From the NCBI GenBank assembly GCA_964016885.1, contig OZ024746.1, positions 61,008,001 to 61,072,000 on the forward strand: DNA of 64,000 bases, in the 5' to 3' direction. Under the pieces are notes generated by a model, which saw only the letters and a list, made by a program, of their open reading frames with translations, was not told where the DNA came from and made no database searches. Below, piece after piece: positions 57,016 to 64,000 of this stretch. This stretch comes from Eledone cirrhosa (lineage: Eukaryota). Numbering within the stretch: the first letter of the stretch is position 1; the number at the start of each line of letters is the position of its first letter. A program made the position numbers and the translations under genes.

Positions 57016-59141
57016 CAGGCCCATAACTCTGCTAAACACAGAGTTCAAGATTTTGGCCAAGGTGCTAGCAAAGAGGTTGGCGCTTGTCGTTGGTGGTCTA
57101 GTGGGAGAGGCGCAGACATGCGCCATTCCAGACAGATCCATCCACGGCAACCTCCACCTCATGCGATACATCGTAGAGAAGGTGGCTAGGGAACCTGGCA
57201 CGGGTGGGTCCTTGATCAATTTAGATCAGTCGAAAGCTTTCGATAGGGTCGACCATCGTTACCTAGCGGCAGTCCTGAGGGCGGCTGGCTTTGGTCCCGT
57301 TTTCAGAGGCTGGATCGCTGCCATGCACAACGACATCTGCTCTGTGGTGAGAGTGAACGGTCACCTTTCGGAACCGTTCAACATCATGCGCTCGGTCCGC
57401 CAAGGATGTCCCCTCTCGACCCTCTTGTACGTATTGACTCTCGAGCCATTACTGCACAAACTGGAGACGTTGAGGGGGGTCCCGCGCGAACTAGGATGCA
57501 GAAGATTCGTGTCAGCATATGCTGACGATGTCACCGTAGTGGTGTCGAACGCCAAACACATCGAGGCGATCGGCACTACACTAAGAGAATACGAAGCAGT
57601 GACAGGAGCAATGATCAACCAGGAAAAGTCAGTGGGCCTGCAGCTCGGCACCTGGAGAGGCAGGTCCATGCCGTCCAACAGCGTCGTCGGGCGCTGGACG
57701 GACGGACCGATTAAATTGCTAGGGGTCTGGTTCGGTCCGGACCTCCAGACGGACAAAAACTGGGATGAGGTGACGAGCAGGGTGGCTTCTCTCATCCAGA
57801 AATGGGCGGAGAGGAAGCTATCCCTGAAAGGTCGAGCGGAAGTGGCTAATGCGTACACCGCGTCCGTCATCTACTACCGCCTGACCGTCGTACCTTGTCC
57901 TAAGCCCCGCCTGACTGCGCTGGAGCGTTTGCTCTTTCGCTTTTTGTGGAAGGGACGCGCTCCGATGGACAGGCGATCCATCTGCTGTCAACACCCGCTA
58001 CGTGGAGGGCTGGGAATGCCGTGGCTGATGATGCGCAGACAAGCGCTCAGGCTACGACATCTCCACCTCTTCCTCGACGGTGATCAGGTGTGGTCACCGT
58101 TTGCTAGACAAGTCTTTCCCCAGCTCGTCTCCTGGGTCAAGGGAAGACCGAGAGGGAGCGCTTGGAGACTGGAATGTCTTCAGGCGCTCACAGCCCTCGA
58201 CCAATCGGGCAATGTGATCGGTGGAAACTCCACCTTGGCGTTCTATAGAGGATTAGTGGAGGGGAAGAGAGCGACGACGTACTTGGAGAAACTCTAGGCG
58301 TCGACGAAAATCAACTAGCCAATCTCTTCGGAAGGACTTTCGGGCCGGGGCCTATGGACAACTTCCAGAACTCCCTGGCCTGGCAGTGCTACCGAGGAGC
58401 TTTACCAGTTCGGGATAAACTCTACAGGCATGGAGGTGCCGTCAGCCGGGCATGTCCGAGATGCACGCAGGGCGACGAAACCGTCCTGCACGCTCTCGTC
58501 CAGTGTCCGAGCATTGCTGACTTGTGGGTTTATGTCGAACACCTGCTGTCACGTGTAGGACGGATCCAGCTATCAGCTGAGTCCATCGTGAGGATTGCCC
58601 GCCCTCTTCCTTTAGCCGGGAAGGGCAGGCAGTTTTTATCTGTCTGGTGGCCATGGCGAAAGAGATAGTATGGTGGGCACGTTTGAAAGGGCTGAAGACG
58701 AGCACTTACCTCTTCGGTGATGCCCTGATTAACTTTTTCAAATTTCTTTTGAAAAGGAAAATCAGGGTAGAGAGGGAAGTGCTCTCTTCCCAGCATTTTG
58801 TTGAAAGATGGGTGAGAGAAGCAAGTATGGCCCGAGTGAATGGGCCTACTCTGAGTATGCGTCTGTAAATTAAAGGTGGAAAACTGGGAGAGGGCACTTG
58901 CCCTGGTGGTCTGGGTCACTGTGGCCTTTTAATGGGCTTTTTCCACAAATGTCCCTCGGAAGTCTCCCCCCTATTGGGGAAATTTTCATTGTTATTTTTA
59001 TTGTTACATCCTCTGTTTTTGTTTTTTTACACGCAGAAATGCCCATTTGTACCGTCCTGTATTGTCCTGTATTGTCCTGTGTTATACTTTGTGTCAACCC
59101 TTGTGGTTAATAAAGAAAGCATTATTATTATTATTATTATT
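57016..59141 (+). pseudogene. 5'-truncated L1/Tx1-type LINE ORF2 (RT plus C-terminal zinc finger)
   Basis: FRPITLLNTEFKILAK, LDQSKAFDRVDH, SVRQGCPLS, AYADD, CPRC..ETVLHALVQC; frameshifts; AATAAA and (ATT)n tail. Confidence 0.9.
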
Positions 59142-59142
59142 A

Positions 59143-59238
59143 GGTTAACTTTGCCTTTCATCCTTACAGGGTCGATAAAATAAAGTACCAGTAATGCACT
59201 GGGTAATTGCTGGCCTTGTGCCAAAAGTAAAAACAATT

Positions 59239-59250
<12 letters not shown>
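59143..59250 (+). mobile_element. 3' half of a family B SINE in the LINE (ATT)n tail
   Basis: Family B core and ATT tail. Confidence 0.8.
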
Positions 59251-59270
<20 letters not shown>

Positions 59271-59276
59271 TATATT

Positions 59277-59447
59277 TAGGAATATAGCTGTCGGATCTAG
59301 CTGTCGAAACGCCCGGAGCTCAGCCGTCGGGGTCTTGACTGTTTTCTTATTACCCACTCTACTACCCTAAGTATTGAGTCTACCCTAAGTATTGAGTACT
59401 CTGGTGCGTTATGGTCCACCTGGTATTTTACCAGACCCTCTTTGTTT
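59277..59447 (+). mobile_element. Family E copy
   Basis: ATAGCT..AGCTGT-C-GAAA-CGCC..GCCG-TC-GGGG plus 3' tail; internal duplication of TACCCTAAGTATTGAGT. Confidence 0.8.
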
Positions 59448-59452
59448 ATATA

Positions 59453-59489
<37 letters not shown>

Positions 59490-59803
59490 TATATAAAGAA
59501 TGGTATTCCGAAGGGGATCGGGAAATAACGATATTTAAATAAGGTACTCAATACATTCGTAGAGAATAAGCATCTATATTTTGATTTCATACGAATGAAA
59601 CAAACAGTTCTAGTCATAGAGATGTCATTTCTATATAATATGATTCAAGCCTGCCAGCTTTTTCTCTGTATGCAAATGAGCATCGTCAGCCGATCTTCAT
59701 AAGTAAAAAAACTATAATCTTTCAGCTTATTTTGTCTGAGCAGCGAAGAAGTAAGTCTCTTTGATGACGAATAAAAACCCAGAAAGGAATGACATAATCA
59801 GAG

Positions 59804-59873
<70 letters not shown>

Positions 59874-59876
<3 letters not shown>

Positions 59877-60622
59877 AAACTATGTTTATTCTCTTTCAGA
59901 AACTAATTAGTTGGAGTGAAATTTTAGTAAGTTAGTTAATTTTTATAATTTTCTTATTTTACGTCTTTCATATTATTGTTCTGCATCCCCATGCATTGAA
60001 CCACAAAGTTACTAAGACAAAACCTATATATTTGCTGGCATAAATATGCATCTGTATATATATATGTTAGTAGATATACTAATTCTTTATAATTATCTCC
60101 AAATTACTTTGTTGAGCCAAAATTGGCCAAAACTGCTACTATAGTTCATAGTAATGGTTCGGCTGCTGTCTTCTTAACAAACCACTCCTCACTGATTAAC
60201 CTCGATGTCACGTGATTGATTCTTTTGAATTCGCCACCGACGCAGTAGGCAGTGATTTTTTCAATGTCTTGGAACTTATTCCACGCTTTGCTTTTTTCCA
60301 TCCACTGAATTATTTTTGTATAAGTTCCCTGTGTCCACGCATCGCCTGGAAACTTAGCTGAGAATAGACTTCCCTGATGACGAAAGGCTTCTCCGTACGT
60401 TTCTTCGGAAACTATGTTTATTCCCTTTCAGAAACTAATTAGTTGGAGTGAAATTTTAGTAAGTAAGTTAATTTTTATAATTTTCTTATTTTACGTCTTT
60501 CATATTATTGTTCTGCATCCCCATGCATTGAACCACAAAGTTACTAAGACAAAACCTATATATTTGCTGGCATAAGTATGCATCTGTATATATATGTTAG
60601 TAGATATACTAATTCTTTATAA
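59874..60622 (+). mobile_element. ORF-less unit of about 534 bp, present as about 1.4 tandem copies
   Basis: Direct repeat 59874-60082 / 60407-60622; CTGATGA-CGAA..TTCG-GAAA at 60374-60412; (TA)n flanks. Confidence 0.7.
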
Positions 60623-60976
60623 TATATATATATATATATATATAAAATAAAGTACCAGTGATGCACTGGGATAATTGCTGGCCTTGTGCCAAAAGTAGAA
60701 AAAATGATATGCAAATGAGCATCTTCTTAGATATTCTAAACGCAAAATCTAGATAAAGAATAGCATATCTTGCCTCAGTACCAAGTATGCCAAACGTGAT
60801 GGAAGATGGATAAAGATTCTGAAATACAGGTTTTTCGAATTCCCACACGGCTACTGAAGTAGCTTTGACATGATCACAGCATAAAATACTTAGAGCGTGA
60901 TTTGCATAGGTGTATTTTACATAAACATATTGTATATGATTTTATATACACCTGCCTCTCTCTCTGTCACGCTCTG

Positions 60977-61039
<63 letters not shown>

Positions 61040-61125
61040 CTCTCTCTCTCTGTCATGCTCTGCCTCTCTGTCATTCTCAGTCTATCTGTCTCTCACTCTC
61101 TCTCTCACTCTGCACACACACGCAC

Positions 61126-61255
<130 letters not shown>

Positions 61256-61376
61256 GCTATACTGTACTTGAGAAAATTAGACGATTATCTCTATATATAC
61301 ACAGCGTTGGCTAAAGCCCATATACATATTTTATAGTACAGTACAGCTTTGAAATAAAACCGTGTTAACGCATTAT

Positions 61377-61431
<55 letters not shown>

Positions 61432-61872
61432 AAGAAATAAGAGTAACATGGTTGGCTGTAGAATAAGGGCTTTATTCAAAGTATAACCAAGTATAACCTG
61501 CATAGAAATTACCGCGAACTCGCTGCATCACTATGGAAGCGTTGAGTCAAACTAAGCCACACGTTAAAACCATCCACAACACTGAGTACTTTTACTGGAC
61601 TACCTCTAAGTGGATCACCTATAACGATAACTTGTTATCCCATATATATATATATATATATATATAAGTATGTACACGTACATACATATATGTATACCGA
61701 CGTACAGTAGTATGTATATATATATATACATACATGCACACATATATATATGCACGTATGGATTCACCGAACATTTATTATAATGCTCGGTGTGTTTGTA
61801 AACAAACATCCCGTATTAAGCCGTAGTGTCTAGCAACCACCGTTGCTCGTTTGTTCAACACTGGCAAAGGAA

Positions 61873-61913
61873 CGCTGTACTAGTTTCAAGCTTGTTAGCT
61901 ATCGTCAGCAACG
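61873..61913 (-). ncRNA. Minimal type I hammerhead ribozyme
   Basis: CGTTG-CTGACGA-T-AGCT-AACA-AGCT-T-GAAA-CTAG-TA-CAGCG; palindromic stem III. Confidence 0.85.
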
Positions 61914-62215
61914 TATACCTTCCTGCCAGATTGTTGAACGTATATACTTACCTTATGCATATTAACGGCTGAGTAGCCCAATTTGCATATCGAGTGGGTT
62001 AATCGGCCGGGTGCACCGAAAACGATAAACGGAAAAAATGAAACGATATTTCATTTCCCACTCTTAGTACGGCTGTTACTTAAATATAAGTATGTACACG
62101 TACATACATATATGTATACCGACGTACAGTAGTATGTATATATATATATATATACATACATGCACACATATATATATGCACGTATGGATTCACCGAACAT
62201 TTATTATAATGCTCG

Positions 62216-63100
62216 GTGTGTACGTGTAGTAGTAGTGCTAAGTTTAATATTCTGATCGCAGATTTGGTACGAGTGATGAAGAATGTGTCCAGCATGTGCG
62301 ACCCAACAGAAATGGAAAGACACATCCAACACTTCATCAACTGCATGCAGTTCTCTGGCTACAACCAAAGAGACAGAGTTAGAGTATATGAAGGAGCCAT
62401 GGAAAAGTATAAGACCCTCATAGAACTGGACATGAAAGGAATTTGCCCACTATACAGGAGCAAATCATGGAATAGCTTAGATAGGGCTAGACATAAGATA
62501 GGGAAGGCCACATCATGGTACGACAACCAGAGATATCAGAGTGTCATGTTTGTGGACGCCACCCCTGGAGGGAAATTAGCTAACCAGTGTAGAAAGGCCC
62601 TGAGAAAGACCCACTTAAAAATAAAGGTGGTAGAAAAGCCAGGAACCACCATAAAATCCCTGATCAGCAAAACCTACCCTTTTAAGAAAACCCACTGTAC
62701 CAATAGGAAATGTATCATATGTAAGATGAACCCCCGGATAAACTGTAAAACTAGAAACGTAGTCTATAGCATAAGATGTACAGAGGGTACTTGCAGAAAC
62801 ATGACAACAACATACATAGGTGAGACAGCTCGTAGCATAGGTGAAAGGATAGACCAACACTGGGGGGAACTAAAAGGACGAAAAAACGGGTCAGTACTAT
62901 ACGAACATGCTAGACAACAACATGACGGTAACATAGACAACATAGAAATTAGAATAATATCTAAACATAGGAATGACCCAGCAGATAGGCAAATCAGAGA
63001 GGCCAGTGAAATAGAAATTAGAAGACCAAAGCTAAACAGAAAGAATGAGTGGAACAACAACAACACCCAAACAAACAACACTGACCTAAGAGAAGTATAA
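62216..63100 (+). CDS. PLE C-terminal fragment: RT thumb end, Cys-rich linker, GIY-YIG endonuclease (a different PLE lineage from the other three)
   Basis: FSGY, MFVDATPGG, IKVVEKPG, CTNRKCIIC, NVVYSIRC..YIGETARSIGERIDQH, RQIREA, LNRKNEW; 5'-truncated. Confidence 0.85.
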   Translation: MCTCSSSAKFNILIADLVRVMKNVSSMCDPTEMERHIQHFINCMQFSGYNQRDRVRVYEGAMEKYKTLIELDMKGICPLYRSKSWNSLDRARHKIGKATSWYDNQRYQSVMFVDATPGGKLANQCRKALRKTHLKIKVVEKPGTTIKSLISKTYPFKKTHCTNRKCIICKMNPRINCKTRNVVYSIRCTEGTCRNMTTTYIGETARSIGERIDQHWGELKGRKNGSVLYEHARQQHDGNIDNIEIRIISKHRNDPADRQIREASEIEIRRPKLNRKNEWNNNNTQTNNTDLREV

Positions 63101-63631
63101 ATAAGTAAATAAAATAAAATAAAATAAGATAAATAAATACATACACAAGCACAATAACAACAAGCACATAAACACACACTAGTCACCCAGCAGACACAAC
63201 ACTATACACACTAGTCACACAGCACACATAACACTATGCACACACGCAAACGCATGCGCAAAGAAGACAAAATAAAATAAGATAAACAAACAAGCAAATA
63301 AATAAATAAATATATAGACAGACTGAATAAAAAATGGCGTTGACATACAACACAACAGGAGGAACAAAGAATATAACACCACTGACGATGTTGCAGATGT
63401 GCAACGAAAGATTTATGTAAATTATGTAAACTATATATATGTGTTTGTGTCTATATTGTATCTGTATTATTTTTGACCGTCGGTCAGTCAATGGCAACAT
63501 TGAGGACCGAGTAAGTTAGATCGCAGATATATATATATAAAAGACAGCGAGAAGCGAAAACCAACCAAACAGTGAGTGTGTTCTGTTATTAATTCTGGCA
63601 ATATTACGCAAATATGACCCTCACCAAGTAT

Positions 63632-63697
<66 letters not shown>

Positions 63698-63707
63698 TAT
63701 TTATTGT

Positions 63708-63753
<46 letters not shown>

Positions 63754-63882
63754 TATTCATGTTCATACACGGAACAATATATATGTATACACACTCACAC
63801 ACACATGCACACATGCACGCACACGCACACACACACATGCACGCACATACATATATACATATATATACATATTATTTGTTTT

Positions 63883-63914
<32 letters not shown>

Positions 63915-64000
63915 TATACATATATATACATATATATATATATATATACATATATATATACATACATATATTATTTCTCAATATGTCTCACTGTTTTGTT

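Larger units (their letters stand above)
61665..63525. mobile_element. PLE fragment (+) joined divergently to a 420-bp HHR unit (-)
   Basis: Direct repeat 61665-61797 / 62084-62220 with a minus-strand HHR between; the plus-strand ORF starts at the junction. Confidence 0.8.

Overview
AT-rich, microsatellite-saturated animal genomic DNA. The SINE types and repeat landscape suggest a cephalopod such as octopus, which is an inference. No host protein-coding gene can be supported, and most listed ORFs are translations of (TA)n/(CA)n/(TACA)n repeats. The real content is transposable elements: four Penelope-like elements (PLEs) or fragments with GIY-YIG endonuclease (14.2-16.4 kb, 48.6-52.9 kb nearly intact, 53.7-57.0 kb, 61.7-63.5 kb), truncated RTE, CR1-group and L1/Tx1-type LINEs, a Helitron helicase remnant, a non-autonomous Helitron, a decayed mariner, two MITEs and many tRNA-derived SINEs. 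The most striking hidden layer is a set of short non-coding elements sitting inside (TA)n tracts. Many carry type I hammerhead ribozyme (HHR) folds, found by eye. They occur as divergent fold-back insertions whose two outer ends are fixed within a family while the central junction differs between copies. Some occur as ORF-less 420-600 bp terminally redundant units, and several families share an RCTC..GAGY hairpin near the 3' end. This looks like a PLE-driven, (TA)n-targeted, retrozyme-like system. HHRs in PLEs and inverted pLTRs are known; the fixed-dual-end architecture and the shared hairpin are the parts that may be undescribed.
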